From the IMG/VR virus record IMGVR_UViG_3300037470_000577, positions 15,291 to 79,290 of that record: a stretch of 64,000 bases of DNA; one strand, written 5' to 3'. Positions 1 to 9,269 of this stretch are shown piece after piece. A program made the position numbers and the translations under genes. Below the pieces are notes generated by a model that searched no databases, had not been told where the DNA came from, and saw only the letters and a program-made list of their open reading frames with translations. Positions within the stretch are counted from its first letter, which is position 1; each line of letters begins with the position of its first letter. Origin of the DNA: a virus (taxonomy: Duplodnaviria > Caudoviricetes).

Positions 1-2
1 TG

Positions 3-461
3 ATGAAGGCGGCATCAACAGACGACAGCCGCCCGACACTGTGCTACATGAATGTCGAGGACGACTACCTGGTGGCGACCAACGGCTTTGTCCTCTCGGC
101 CGTACCAACGCCGGTGTCACTGCGTCCCCACATCGGCAAACATATGCGTCCGATTAAAGCGCCCGGCGCGGGCCTAAATCTCTTCGAGGTGGACGAGGAT
201 GGCAGCTATCCCAACTGGCGAGCTATGATGCCGGACGAGGCTGTTGCGGCCGACCGGATTGTATCGGGCCGTGAATTGGCCCGCCTCTTACCCCTGAACG
301 GCATGGGCAGCGGCTATATGTCCATCCGCTATCACGATAACGAGGGCGCTCCCATCACCATCTCTGCTCCACACGGCTTCTCGGTAATTATGCCGGTCAG
401 CACGGGCAAAGGCTATAAAGACGAGTGGCAGACCCCGCCAGGAGAAAACAACAATGAATAA
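3..461 (+). CDS. DNA polymerase III beta-clamp-like protein (possibly 5'-truncated by window edge)
   Basis: A-S-T-D-D-S-R-P-T-L, LVATNG..L and G-S-YPNWRAMMP resemble the beta-clamp domain II motifs (RPxL, vATDGxRL, G.YPxy..v.P). Confidence 0.55.
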   Translation: MKAASTDDSRPTLCYMNVEDDYLVATNGFVLSAVPTPVSLRPHIGKHMRPIKAPGAGLNLFEVDEDGSYPNWRAMMPDEAVAADRIVSGRELARLLPLNGMGSGYMSIRYHDNEGAPITISAPHGFSVIMPVSTGKGYKDEWQTPPGENNNE

Positions 462-481
462 GTATCAGGAGAGAAGGGCTG

Positions 482-844
482 ATGTTCTGTCTGTGGCACG
501 GGAGGTGTTTGGTGGCTACGGTTGAACGGGTAGACCTGCTTACGACGCTTGAGATAATAGCCTTTGGGCTGCGAACGGGTTGGTATGCTGGGCTGTACCG
601 CTTTGATATGTCGTACTGGCGGGAAGAGGATGAGGACGGCGGCTGGATTGGCGGGCTGGCAGCCTGGTACGATTGGTGTTTCCCCAATCGATTGTCCCTA
701 ACCTGGACGCTGCCCAACGATAACTTTATTAATCTGGCCGAACATTTCCTCCTCACCTTTGAGGAGGCGGTCTATATCTTCAACTACTACCCGGCAGATG
801 ACATTGCCTCTGTTATGGGCAGAGTGAAGGAGGTATTCAAATGA
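482..844 (+). CDS. hypothetical phage protein
   Basis: ORF with upstream AGGAG, co-oriented with neighbours. Confidence 0.6.
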   Translation: MFCLWHGRCLVATVERVDLLTTLEIIAFGLRTGWYAGLYRFDMSYWREEDEDGGWIGGLAAWYDWCFPNRLSLTWTLPNDNFINLAEHFLLTFEEAVYIFNYYPADDIASVMGRVKEVFK

Positions 845-910
845 GTAAATGATTAAGGCATGGGGATTTATCGTTGCAAAATTTTGATGTACCCCCCATA
901 TTACCATATG

Positions 911-957
911 GATACTTATAAATATATGTCCCTTAAAGACATATATTTATAAGTATC
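911..957. repeat. perfect 20-bp-arm AT-rich inverted repeat with 7-nt centre CCTTAAA
   Basis: gatacttataaatatatgtc (911-930) / gacatatatttataagtatc (938-957); a further 13-bp palindrome ttaacattgttaa at 965-977. Confidence 0.95.
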
Positions 958-1013
958 AACTGTTTTAACATTGTTAATATATATAATATCGCGCGTGTGC
1001 GTGGGAGAACAAA

Positions 1014-1193
1014 ATGAGTGCTTATGTGTCAACAGAAAATGGACGGCTGTCGAACGGCCTTGTTAGACGAGACCTGGAAAAGGATGGTCGGGTTATTATG
1101 GTCGGCACTCCGATTGAAACCGGTAAGTATGTCAGAGAAGTTATGCAGCCCGGAGATACCTTCCAGGAGGTGGCCCGTGAAATACGTAGTTAA
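1014..1193 (+). CDS. small hypothetical protein (59 aa, MSAYVSTENG...)
   Basis: read manually; GGAGAAC SD-like site before ATG; below the ORF-track cutoff. Confidence 0.55.
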   Translation: MSAYVSTENGRLSNGLVRRDLEKDGRVIMVGTPIETGKYVREVMQPGDTFQEVAREIRS

Positions 1194-1419
1194 GGAACGG
1201 GGGTACTTTCCCGGTAAGGCACTCTTTGCCAGAACCGAGTTGTGGATAGATGGAAAGTTGGAGATGATGGCCTCTTCTCTGTTCGTGGACGAATACCCGC
1301 GAGCCAATATGGAGTCGGGCGACACCTGTTACTTCTCTGGCGAAGCACACGCCACCAGCTATGAGGAGATGCAGATTCAGTGGGCCAAGTCAGACGCTTT
1401 TATGCGGGGAGACTATTGA
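1177..1419 (+). CDS. hypothetical protein (GTG start; 3' part of track ORF 1018-1419)
   Basis: AGGAGG before GTG 1177; TGA overlaps next ATG. Confidence 0.55.
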   Translation: MKYVVKERGYFPGKALFARTELWIDGKLEMMASSLFVDEYPRANMESGDTCYFSGEAHATSYEEMQIQWAKSDAFMRGDY

Positions 1420-1631
1420 TGTATGCCGAACTCGATGCCCTCTTCACTCCGCGTGAACTTTCTGACATCGCTGAGCGGGAAGCCTGTCACCTGCTGCGCC
1501 TCCAACACGAAGCCGCACTATACCGCCTAGACATCTGCCACTCGCTGCTGGATGAGGCCGGGATAGAAACTGGCCCCGACATCACACAGCGGGTAGCAAC
1601 GTTGGTGGGCCGCTACCTGGCGGCCCTCTAA
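1419..1631 (+). CDS. hypothetical protein (MYAELDALFTPREL...)
   Basis: TGATG coupling to upstream gene; contains a polar motif copy. Confidence 0.6.
   Translation: MYAELDALFTPRELSDIAEREACHLLRLQHEAALYRLDICHSLLDEAGIETGPDITQRVATLVGRYLAAL
1443..1457 (+). repeat. dispersed TTCAC-N5-GTGAA motif copy 1 (TTCACTCCGCGTGAA)
   Basis: 1 mismatch to core TTCACGCCGCGTGAA. Confidence 0.75.
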
Positions 1632-1813
1632 ACAGGCTAGAATTAAGCCGTAGTAAGCCGTACAGTCGGAACGCTTGCATTATGCGAGAAAATAACCAAA
1701 CGCCCCACAGCGGGCAAATTTAGTGAAGAAGAAAAGTTACAGCAAATTCCCGCACTTGTATGCGACGAGTTATCTGATACTGACCTCAATAATGCTGTTA
1801 TAGGAGAATAACA

Positions 1814-2005
1814 ATGAACACCGATGATCTTATGGAAAAGGCAAGGCAGTACATAATGGGAAGCAGGGGGGTAGGATACTATCCTGACCGGGCGCAGATT
1901 TTCGCCCTACTTGCCATTGCCAACGAACTCAAGCGAGCCAACGACATAGAGACGGCCTTATTTGAGTACAAGAACAATCACAAACTCCCAACTAAAAGGT
2001 ACTAA
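1814..2005 (+). CDS. hypothetical protein
   Basis: AGGAG SD; operon-like packing. Confidence 0.6.
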   Translation: MNTDDLMEKARQYIMGSRGVGYYPDRAQIFALLAIANELKRANDIETALFEYKNNHKLPTKRY

Positions 2006-2007
2006 CA

Positions 2008-2496
2008 ATGTTAACCATAGAGAGAACAAACAAGGGCTTACTGGTAGCCAACGGCCAGCCCTTAGCCTTCTTCGATACCGAGGAAGAGGCGGAGGCGGCG
2101 CTGCTCTGGCGGGGAACGTTGGTGCAGGCTGCGGCCCATCGCGTCTATCTGATTCACAGCGATAAGAAGATAGGTCGGGAGCAGACCGATACCGAGCGGG
2201 AGGAGAATGGTCACGGCCCAAGAGTGAGGCGATACGATGGCCCCCACGCTTCTCACTACGTCGGGTATACAACTGGCGATGTGGACGGGCGGCTGGAGAA
2301 GCATCTCAGAGGCTATGGCTGCCCCTACACCCGTCTCTTGTTGCAGGGCGGCGGCTACCTGGTGCGGGTCTGGTTTGCCGGATACCTGTTCGAGAATTAC
2401 TTGAAGAATAGTTACAAGAAAACGCCCAACCTCTGCCCGGTCTGTAATCCGGCAGCGGCGGGCTATTTACCCTACCCAGGAGAGATATTAGCATGA
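2008..2496 (+). CDS. GIY-YIG superfamily nuclease-like protein
   Basis: HYVGYTTGDVDGRLEKHLRGYG..YT matches YVGxT..L.RL.xH..G.G pattern; later Glu (FENYLK) and C-terminal CPxC. Confidence 0.7.
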   Translation: MLTIERTNKGLLVANGQPLAFFDTEEEAEAALLWRGTLVQAAAHRVYLIHSDKKIGREQTDTEREENGHGPRVRRYDGPHASHYVGYTTGDVDGRLEKHLRGYGCPYTRLLLQGGGYLVRVWFAGYLFENYLKNSYKKTPNLCPVCNPAAAGYLPYPGEILA

Positions 2497-2786
2497 AAAT
2501 TGAATTGAGTGGCATTGAGTTTGTTCGTTCCCCGGTTCGGGATGCTTTGTTCGATCCATTCTTCGGCGGTTGGTACGACCTCGTTGAACCTGTGCCGTGC
2601 GTGATTAAGGGCGAGTTAGATGTGGGAGGCCGGTCGTTTCTCAATCAGCCAGCCCAGATTGTAGGGGTTGGTGAGCAGGATGTAATGATTGAGGTGGAAT
2701 TCGGGATGGAGCGGCCCTGGTTTGGCCCTGGCCGTTATCTCTATGCCGATATGCAGGATTTAACTCTGGAGGCAGACAATGACTAA
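2493..2786 (+). CDS. uncharacterised paralog family member A (VEPVPC...FGP..YLYA)
   Basis: shares motifs with 3112-3390 and 3383-3847. Confidence 0.7.
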   Translation: MKIELSGIEFVRSPVRDALFDPFFGGWYDLVEPVPCVIKGELDVGGRSFLNQPAQIVGVGEQDVMIEVEFGMERPWFGPGRYLYADMQDLTLEADND

Positions 2787-3078
2787 CCACACCCCCGGAA
2801 ACTGGTATGAGTTTATTGATAAGGTGGGTGATGTCTATGTCTTGGCCGGTGATGCCAAGCCGGGCGAACACCACGCCTATTACATCGGTAACATGGAAGA
2901 TACCTGCGGCGAGTGTCACGCCAACGCCGACCTCATGGCGGCCGGGCCTGATTTGCTGGAGGCTTGTGCAGCATTTATAGAGGCGTGGGAGAAGTCCCTG
3001 CAATTAGAAAAGACTGATGTGGCCCTGCGTTTAGCTCGCGCCGCTATTGCTAAAGCAAAAGGAGAAACAGATGATTAG
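2779..3078 (+). CDS. conserved phage hypothetical protein (HTPGxW...ANAxLxAAxPDLLEA type)
   Basis: MTNHTPGNW and HANADLMAAGPDLLEAC typical of a widespread small phage protein type. Confidence 0.75.
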   Translation: MTNHTPGNWYEFIDKVGDVYVLAGDAKPGEHHAYYIGNMEDTCGECHANADLMAAGPDLLEACAAFIEAWEKSLQLEKTDVALRLARAAIAKAKGETDD

Positions 3079-3083
3079 TAAAA

Positions 3084-3100
3084 CCTTCACACCGCGTGAA
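3084..3100 (+). repeat. dispersed motif copy 2 (CCTTCACACCGCGTGAA), intergenic before SD
   Basis: 1 mismatch to the 17-mer; preceded by AAA, followed by AAAGGAG. Confidence 0.85.
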
Positions 3101-3111
3101 AAAGGAGACAT

Positions 3112-3390
3112 ATGATGTTTAAGAAAACAGGTGAAATTATTAGAGATGTAATGGGAGTTTACGAGCGCGTTGAACCGGTTCCGTGTCGGTTCATATACAG
3201 AGATGCCAGATACAGCAAAATTATTGGTCAGATGGTCAACATCATATCCGTTGGCAAGCGCGACCAAGTAGTTCTGGATATTGGCGGCGACAAGTCGGGT
3301 TGGGCGGACGAGAACTTTGGCCCCAACTACTATCTGTACGCCCTGAACAACGGCAACTGGTTTGAATTGATGGAGGAGGAAAATGTTTAG
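3112..3390 (+). CDS. uncharacterised paralog family member B
   Basis: YERVEPVPC...GWADENFGPNYYLYA. Confidence 0.7.
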   Translation: MMFKKTGEIIRDVMGVYERVEPVPCRFIYRDARYSKIIGQMVNIISVGKRDQVVLDIGGDKSGWADENFGPNYYLYALNNGNWFELMEEENV

Positions 3391-3847
3391 GAAAACGGGA
3401 AAGAAAGTTGTGGATGGGAGGAACGTATTCGAGATGGTCGAGCCGGTAAGCTGTGTTATTACCGGAAAAATCGACACCCTTTCTAATAGTAGTGTAGGAA
3501 CGCGAGCCACCGTCATTGCAGTCAGGAACGATTTTCATCTCGTCATCGAAACTGTGTTCGGCTGGGATGATGACAATTTCGGCCCCAACAAGTATCTCTA
3601 CGCCACGACAGACAAGGTAGAAATAGAGTGGCCGGAGCCGGAAACGTTCAACGGCTACTCCGAAGCCTTTGCTATCGGGCAGGCCATGAGAACCTATGGC
3701 GGTTCATTCGTCAGCCACCTGGGTCAGGCTCTGCAATATGCCGACAGCGAGAACCAGGCCAAAATCAGGACAACGTGGCCGGAGTACTGGCAGCGGTATC
3801 TTGAGATGGCTCGCAAGATGGAGATGTTTCAGGAGGCATCAAAGTAA
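3383..3847 (+). CDS. paralog family member C fused to a small helical phage domain (GGSFVSHLGQALQYADSEN)
   Basis: N-half FEMVEPVSC...GWDDDNFGPNKYLYA; C-half resembles a common GGSF..LG.A...AD..N phage peptide. Confidence 0.7.
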   Translation: MFRKTGKKVVDGRNVFEMVEPVSCVITGKIDTLSNSSVGTRATVIAVRNDFHLVIETVFGWDDDNFGPNKYLYATTDKVEIEWPEPETFNGYSEAFAIGQAMRTYGGSFVSHLGQALQYADSENQAKIRTTWPEYWQRYLEMARKMEMFQEASK

Positions 3848-4080
3848 TGGACAAGAAACATTGTATCGGTTGCAGGGATGATTACTACAATCACGACAAC
3901 CGCTCTACTACAGGCGAGTGTTGGCGACTAAGGGATGCCAGACTCGTTACTAAATATGCCATCGGTTGGTGGACGCCGATGGATGACGCCGATAACTTTA
4001 CAAAAATACAGAAGCCCTCTTGTTACCATCAGCCTGGAACGATGGCTTACTTGGACGAGATGCCGGGGCATTTACAATGA
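3847..4080 (+). CDS. small Cys-containing hypothetical protein
   Basis: coupled start and stop. Confidence 0.65.
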   Translation: MDKKHCIGCRDDYYNHDNRSTTGECWRLRDARLVTKYAIGWWTPMDDADNFTKIQKPSCYHQPGTMAYLDEMPGHLQ

Positions 4081-4532
4081 AACTCCGAACCGGTAACATG
4101 TGGTCGGCGTATGACGAGGCCGACCTCTTCCTCATTACAACCAACTCCACCATCGCCAACGGACGGCTGGTGATGGGGGCTGGGATAGCGCGAGAGGCGC
4201 GGGACAGATTTCCCGGCCTAGACAAGGCGATGGCCGACATCCTCATGCCCTGGTGCGGACACCTGGGAAGCTATTACCTGCTCATCTCAAGGGAGTGGCC
4301 CGCCAGGAAGTTAGGCGGTTTCCAGACCAAGACCAACTGCCAGCTACCGGCCAACATCACGCTCATCCGAAACGCCACCAGAGGGCTGTTGTGGTGGGCC
4401 ACCTATCACCCGGACAAGCAGGTGCATCTCAATTTCCCCGGCATAGGCAGCGGTGGCCTGTCCTCCCACGTTGTCATGCCCTATATCACACAACTGCCGG
4501 ACAATGTGACTATCTGGCAGAAGGAGAACTGA
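4077..4532 (+). CDS. macro-domain (ADP-ribose-binding/Appr-1-p processing-like) protein
   Basis: GNMW, TTN...VMGAGIA, FQTK and PGIGSGGL motifs; ATG 4077 overlaps upstream TGA. Confidence 0.8.
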   Translation: MKLRTGNMWSAYDEADLFLITTNSTIANGRLVMGAGIAREARDRFPGLDKAMADILMPWCGHLGSYYLLISREWPARKLGGFQTKTNCQLPANITLIRNATRGLLWWATYHPDKQVHLNFPGIGSGGLSSHVVMPYITQLPDNVTIWQKEN

Positions 4533-4789
4533 TGAACAAATACCTGGCTGTCCTGGAAATATTAAACCATCCTGCCGGATATTATCTCGTCGAGAACGCG
4601 GCTGACGAGAAGGACGCAGTAGAGCAAGCGTGGAAGGTGATTGATAGAGAAGCGTACCTGCTGCCTGGGCGGGATTGGGACGAGCGTTGGAGTGCAACAT
4701 GGCAAGTAACCGCCCACCCCATGTATCAGCACAGTGTAGCGGGTGTGAGTAGTGATTTGAAGGAGTGGGAATATGAGCAAGAAACTTAA
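4532..4789 (+). CDS. hypothetical protein (3' part of track ORF 4253-4789)
   Basis: TGATG coupling with AAGGAG SD. Confidence 0.6.
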   Translation: MNKYLAVLEILNHPAGYYLVENAADEKDAVEQAWKVIDREAYLLPGRDWDERWSATWQVTAHPMYQHSVAGVSSDLKEWEYEQET

Positions 4790-4970
4790 CAGAGAGACGA
4801 ATAAGAACTTAACCTTCGACCGATGGATGAAGCGTGTCGAGACTTATGCTGGAGAGGCGAGTGGTAAACCGCTCAGACGCTTCCATATTTACAATGATGT
4901 CGGTTACAGAAACGCATACAAGAAGGGACAGCGGGCCTACGATGTTGCCTTGAAAGCCTGCGGCCAGTGA
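4773..4970 (+). CDS. hypothetical protein
   Basis: SD, overlapping start. Confidence 0.6.
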   Translation: MSKKLNRETNKNLTFDRWMKRVETYAGEASGKPLRRFHIYNDVGYRNAYKKGQRAYDVALKACGQ

Positions 4971-4981
4971 CTTAAAGGAGT

Positions 4982-5506
4982 TTGAATATGAACAAGGGTG
5001 AAACTTATTTCATTGTGGAATTGCAAGGGTTGTTCTATCCGAGAGGTTTCCAATTACACGAAGATGAACTATCCAATTTCCATCTGTTTGACCACAAGAA
5101 ATTATATTGGGACGAGCAGTTGGAAATGCAAATAGTAGATGACGACTACGCCGTTGGAATAGACTTATACCCTAAAGGAAACTCCATCCAGGATGGGCAT
5201 GTCAACAGCCTTGACCGTGAGATGCACCAGGCTGGCCTGGACTCTGTTAGGGACATTGAAGAGATGGAGCGGCCCCTGTTTGATATTATGTATAAGCGGC
5301 GGGCTGAGTTGGAGTGCGATACTTTTAACGCCCGCGTTAAAGGGAAGTTCGGCCCTGCTTTCACGCCCTATCTCAGCGTGCTGATGATTTGGAGTTACCA
5401 CTGGAGCGAAGATTCCTGGGGAGAACTTGACACCTGGTTTGAATATCACGACCTGTTGACCAACAAAGTGATTGACATGCTCGGAAGGATGAGACTGCAC
5501 AAATGA
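4982..5506 (+). CDS. hypothetical protein
   Basis: AAGGAG SD; start TTG 4982 or ATG 4988. Confidence 0.65.
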   Translation: MNMNKGETYFIVELQGLFYPRGFQLHEDELSNFHLFDHKKLYWDEQLEMQIVDDDYAVGIDLYPKGNSIQDGHVNSLDREMHQAGLDSVRDIEEMERPLFDIMYKRRAELECDTFNARVKGKFGPAFTPYLSVLMIWSYHWSEDSWGELDTWFEYHDLLTNKVIDMLGRMRLHK

Positions 5507-5703
5507 AGAAACACTTTAATTACGAGACGTGGCTGGAGCAGGTAGAGGCGCTACTGGAGGAGATTTACGAACTCGACGACATGGATTCAGTAGACTTCTA
5601 TGCCTATTATACCACTGACTACGACGCTGCTGTGGCGGCGGGGCAGATTTACCAGGAAGCGATGAGAAAAAGAGAGGATGACGATGCCCGAAATAAGATT
5701 TGA
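5503..5703 (+). CDS. small acidic hypothetical protein
   Basis: ATGA overlap with upstream gene. Confidence 0.6.
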   Translation: MKKHFNYETWLEQVEALLEEIYELDDMDSVDFYAYYTTDYDAAVAAGQIYQEAMRKREDDDARNKI

Positions 5704-6547
5704 AAGTCGAGGGATGGTGGTGGATACCGGCTACAACGAAGCCTATCAGACATGGTTCAAGCGTTCCATCCCACCCAAAGATAGAGATTGGAACGGCAAG
5801 CCCAGCTACGCAGGCCAACCCTGGTTTTCTCGCTCTTGCTGGACGGTAAACGCGAAACATTTCCAGCTTATCCGCGCTAAACTAAATGAGATATATGGCT
5901 ACTGCGACGTGGTTGGAAGCCCAGCGCAAGCAAGGCAAAACGAAACCGTCACCTTCGTCCTGGATTACATCGGCAATCTCAAAGAGAAAGAGGCGGGCCA
6001 GCCGCTCTCCTTTGCCGTGCGAGACGGAAACCGGGAAGATTGGAACGTTATCTTTCCCCAGGATGTTCTGGAGAAGTGGTTTGGATTTACCCTGTCGTCC
6101 CCGGTTCTGGCAGGCAGCTATTACACCGTCCTGTCTATCGCTCAGGGTGCGGCTGGCAGCGACATCAAGCGAGCCTACCGGCAGGCGGCGCGGACATATC
6201 ATCCTGACTACAACAAAGACTCAGACGCCAATCAGCAATTCATCAAGGTACAGGAAGCTTACGAAACACTATCCAATCCCCTGCTTCGCAAGAAGTACGA
6301 TGCGGCCCTGTCCTGGAAGGAAGAGGCGGGTATCAAGGAGGATAAAGAGTACGGCGTCTTATGGCGGCCGCCCGTTCGATGTGGTCTGATGAAAGCCAAG
6401 ATAGAACATGCAGCCGGTCGGTGGATCATTAACGAAGTATTAGCGTGGCAGGATCAGGTCAACGTATCTGGCTACGTTCGAGTAACATATTGGGACATTC
6501 ATGCTGGAGGTGACTTCGGCACATGGGCTGAGAAGTGGCAGCCATAG
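5678..6547 (+). CDS. J-domain (DnaJ-like) protein with unrelated N- and C-terminal domains
   Basis: YYTVLSI...[19 protein letters not shown]...[19 protein letters not shown] with intact HPD. Confidence 0.9.
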   Translation: MTMPEIRFESRGMVVDTGYNEAYQTWFKRSIPPKDRDWNGKPSYAGQPWFSRSCWTVNAKHFQLIRAKLNEIYGYCDVVGSPAQARQNETVTFVLDYIGNLKEKEAGQPLSFAVRDGNREDWNVIFPQDVLEKWFGFTLSSPVLAGSYYTVLSIAQGAAGSDIKRAYRQAARTYHPDYNKDSDANQQFIKVQEAYETLSNPLLRKKYDAALSWKEEAGIKEDKEYGVLWRPPVRCGLMKAKIEHAAGRWIINEVLAWQDQVNVSGYVRVTYWDIHAGGDFGTWAEKWQP

Positions 6548-6561
6548 TAAAGGAGAATGAA

Positions 6562-7122
6562 ATGAACTGGGAATCAACCCGACAAAGACTTATTGAATGT
6601 GGCATTGACAACCTACCAGAAGAGTGGGAGCAGCGAATTGACCTGAGCGAGGCTAACCTGAGAAGGGCTAACCTGAGAGGGGCTGACCTGAGCGAGGCTT
6701 ACCTGAGAGGGGCTAACCTGAGAGGGGCTTACCTGAGAAGGGCTAACCTGAGAGGGGCTTACCTGAGCGAGGCTAACCTGAGAAGGGCTGACCTGAGCGA
6801 GGCTAACCTGAGAAGGGCTTACCTGCCAACATCTATTAAGGTCAAGAACCTGGATGCCCGCATCCTGGAAATCCTTGAAAGTGGAGAGGGCCAAATAGAT
6901 ATGTCAAGTTGGCACACTTGCGAAACAACCCATTGCCGTGCGGGGTGGGCAATTATGCTGGCCGGGGAAGCTGGGCGAGTCTTAGAGGATATTTACGGCC
7001 CCTCGGCTGCCGGGGCAATTATTTACGCCAGTAGTTATCCCGATCTGCCTATCCCCGATTTTGTTGCGAGCGACGAGGATGCACTGGCCGATATGAGAGA
7101 ACGGGCGGCTCTCGACCAATAA
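6562..7122 (+). CDS. pentapeptide repeat protein
   Basis: about 12 A[DNY]L[RS][EGR] units (15-bp DNA repeats around 6643-6825); C-terminal [12 protein letters not shown] domain. Confidence 0.92.
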   Translation: MNWESTRQRLIECGIDNLPEEWEQRIDLSEANLRRANLRGADLSEAYLRGANLRGAYLRRANLRGAYLSEANLRRADLSEANLRRAYLPTSIKVKNLDARILEILESGEGQIDMSSWHTCETTHCRAGWAIMLAGEAGRVLEDIYGPSAAGAIIYASSYPDLPIPDFVASDEDALADMRERAALDQ

Positions 7123-7139
7123 CCACAAGGAGAACGAAT

Positions 7140-7742
7140 ATGAGGAAGTCACGCGCCTTAACCAGAACCAACTACACCGTCGCCGAGGGCAGCATAAAAG
7201 ATGTGGCCCAACGTGAAAACATTTCAATCGAGCAGGCATTTATGAATGCCGAGTACATCGCTCTGGTTGACGTGTCGGGCAGCATGACTGCTACCGACAG
7301 CCGGGGCGGGCAGTCGCGGCATGATGTGGCTGAGGAGGAGTTAAAGAAACTTCAAGCCAAGTATCCAGGCAAGCTGGCCTTAGTCTGCTTTTCATCTGAG
7401 ACGAAGTTCGTTCCGTCTGGAATACCAGATAGAATGAACGGCGGAACCAATCTACTGCGCGGCCTAGAAACCATTCAGGCCGTTGACGGCGCGGTCAAAC
7501 TATTCTTCGTAATATGCGACGGCCAGCCAGATTGGGGACAGGAGGATGAATGTATGGCTCTGGCCCGTCACTTCACAACGCCCGTCAACAGCATCTTCGT
7601 TGGCCCCGAAACCGACAGTGATGCCATGTCCTTCATGCGCCGGTTGGCCGAAGCGGGGAATGGGCAGAACGTTAATGCCAGCGAGATTGGGAAGCTAGCT
7701 GAACCATTTGAGATAATATTGCTAGAAGCGGGAGAAAAATAA
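7140..7742 (+). CDS. von Willebrand factor A (vWA) domain protein
   Basis: MIDAS DVSGSM, GGTN, ICDGQPD. Confidence 0.88.
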   Translation: MRKSRALTRTNYTVAEGSIKDVAQRENISIEQAFMNAEYIALVDVSGSMTATDSRGGQSRHDVAEEELKKLQAKYPGKLALVCFSSETKFVPSGIPDRMNGGTNLLRGLETIQAVDGAVKLFFVICDGQPDWGQEDECMALARHFTTPVNSIFVGPETDSDAMSFMRRLAEAGNGQNVNASEIGKLAEPFEIILLEAGEK

Positions 7743-7743
7743 T

Positions 7744-8736
7744 ATGGCAGACAAAGAGTATAACAAGCTAGAAGTGCCAGCGACATTCAATCCGGCCCAA
7801 CCCAAGTTCATCCAGGTTAAATTCAAATTTGATATGCCAAAGGAATTTGATAAGGGAACCTACACATCCTATCTCTACGGTGTGGAGGATGAGAACAACC
7901 AGGATGCCAGTCTGTGGGCCTACTCCGGTCTAAAGAATGCGTTGGAGCATCTGGTCGGAATAGACGATGACGAGAACGGCGTACCAAAGACAGCCTATCG
8001 GGTTACACAGGGAACCATTGCCAAGTTGATGTGTTTCCAAACCGATCCCAATGACACCAAGTCACGCCGTTACAGCGCCATCCACATTGCTGGGCCGTAC
8101 AAAGAAACTTACTCAGCCCAACCAGCCGCCAGTAATGGCGCTGCGCCAGCCCCCCAACAAAGTAAAGGAGAACAACAACCCATGATTGATAAACAAGCGG
8201 CAAGAGATAGTAAGTTCTATAAGCCTATGACGGATGCCCAAATGCTTGTTGCTACCGGGCTTATTAACGACCGAGGCAACACCTTGTTGGTTGCCTGGCG
8301 TTTTATAACGACCAACTTTCCCGATCTAGCACAGGAGAATCAGCGGGCAATGGCAATTCACCTGAACATGGAAGTAGCGACCAACCTCTGGCGTTACGAT
8401 GGGCCGTATGAGGAGCCGGAACCCGATCCAACCAAAGCTCTGGCAACCGACCCGATATACCAACGGCTTGAGAAGGTGACAAAGATGCCGGAACTATCCG
8501 CCCGTATCCAGGAATACTTTACCATCCTGGTTGAGGAGACTTCATCTGAAAACGAGTTCTCCGTCAAAGGCGCTTTCAAGAAGATGGGCATTAACACCAT
8601 CCCCAACAAAGCTCTCTTTGCCCCTAGTATGTATGCCGATTTCAAGAAGCTGGAACGTTACCGACAGTATCGTGACCAGGGCTTTGAACCCGATGCTGCG
8701 GCCGAAGCGGTTGTTGCTGAGAGTGAAACCGCGTGA
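7744..8736 (+). CDS. hypothetical protein, possibly ssDNA-binding/recombination
   Basis: 330 aa; beta-rich N-domain, Ala/Pro/Gln linker, acidic C-terminus; function inferred from position only. Confidence 0.5.
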   Translation: MADKEYNKLEVPATFNPAQPKFIQVKFKFDMPKEFDKGTYTSYLYGVEDENNQDASLWAYSGLKNALEHLVGIDDDENGVPKTAYRVTQGTIAKLMCFQTDPNDTKSRRYSAIHIAGPYKETYSAQPAASNGAAPAPQQSKGEQQPMIDKQAARDSKFYKPMTDAQMLVATGLINDRGNTLLVAWRFITTNFPDLAQENQRAMAIHLNMEVATNLWRYDGPYEEPEPDPTKALATDPIYQRLEKVTKMPELSARIQEYFTILVEETSSENEFSVKGAFKKMGINTIPNKALFAPSMYADFKKLERYRQYRDQGFEPDAAAEAVVAESETA

Positions 8737-9269
8737 CCAACGACCTTGTAACGAGCGGGAGGGCTTGCATCACGGCCACTGGTGCAACCTTCCTGCCTGG
8801 TATTCCCTATGAAAATATGGAAGGTTTTATCGTCGAGATGTGCCGGGTCAGGCGGGGAGTGACGGCCGCTATTGGCGACGCCTTGAACTACGCCGAACGA
8901 GAGTACGGTGAAACCTATGCCCAACTAGAGGCGTCAACCGGTTACAGTCCAGGTTACCTGGCTAACCTGAAATGGGTGTTCGGTTCTGTTCCTATCGAGA
9001 ATCGCATCGACGGCCTGGGCATGTCCTACTACCAGGTTGTGGCCCCGATTACCGACATGATTGTGCAGCGTACCTGGCTGGAAACGGCCTGGGAAAACGG
9101 CTGGACGCGGGATGAACTTCGACTGGCGGTGAACGGCGCACCCCGCGAGCGTCAGAAAACCACTGCATTACGCGATGTGGTCCAGGAATTTGTGTGGGCC
9201 TATCGCAAAGGAGACAGTATAGAAAGATGGGTAAAGGAGTTGGAGACAATGCTTTCGCACTGGAGATAG
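8733..9269 (+). CDS. putative DNA-binding protein (LmbU-like phage family)
   Basis: IGDALNY...YGETY....TGYS..YL.NLKWV...R...L..SYY pattern. Confidence 0.5.
   Translation: MTNDLVTSGRACITATGATFLPGIPYENMEGFIVEMCRVRRGVTAAIGDALNYAEREYGETYAQLEASTGYSPGYLANLKWVFGSVPIENRIDGLGMSYYQVVAPITDMIVQRTWLETAWENGWTRDELRLAVNGAPRERQKTTALRDVVQEFVWAYRKGDSIERWVKELETMLSHWR

Noticed and set aside
6613-6894. Antisense ORF of [10 protein letters not shown] repeats, and a CRISPR-like look of the 15-bp repeats
   Set aside because: Shadow of the pentapeptide gene; repeats are contiguous coding units with no spacers.
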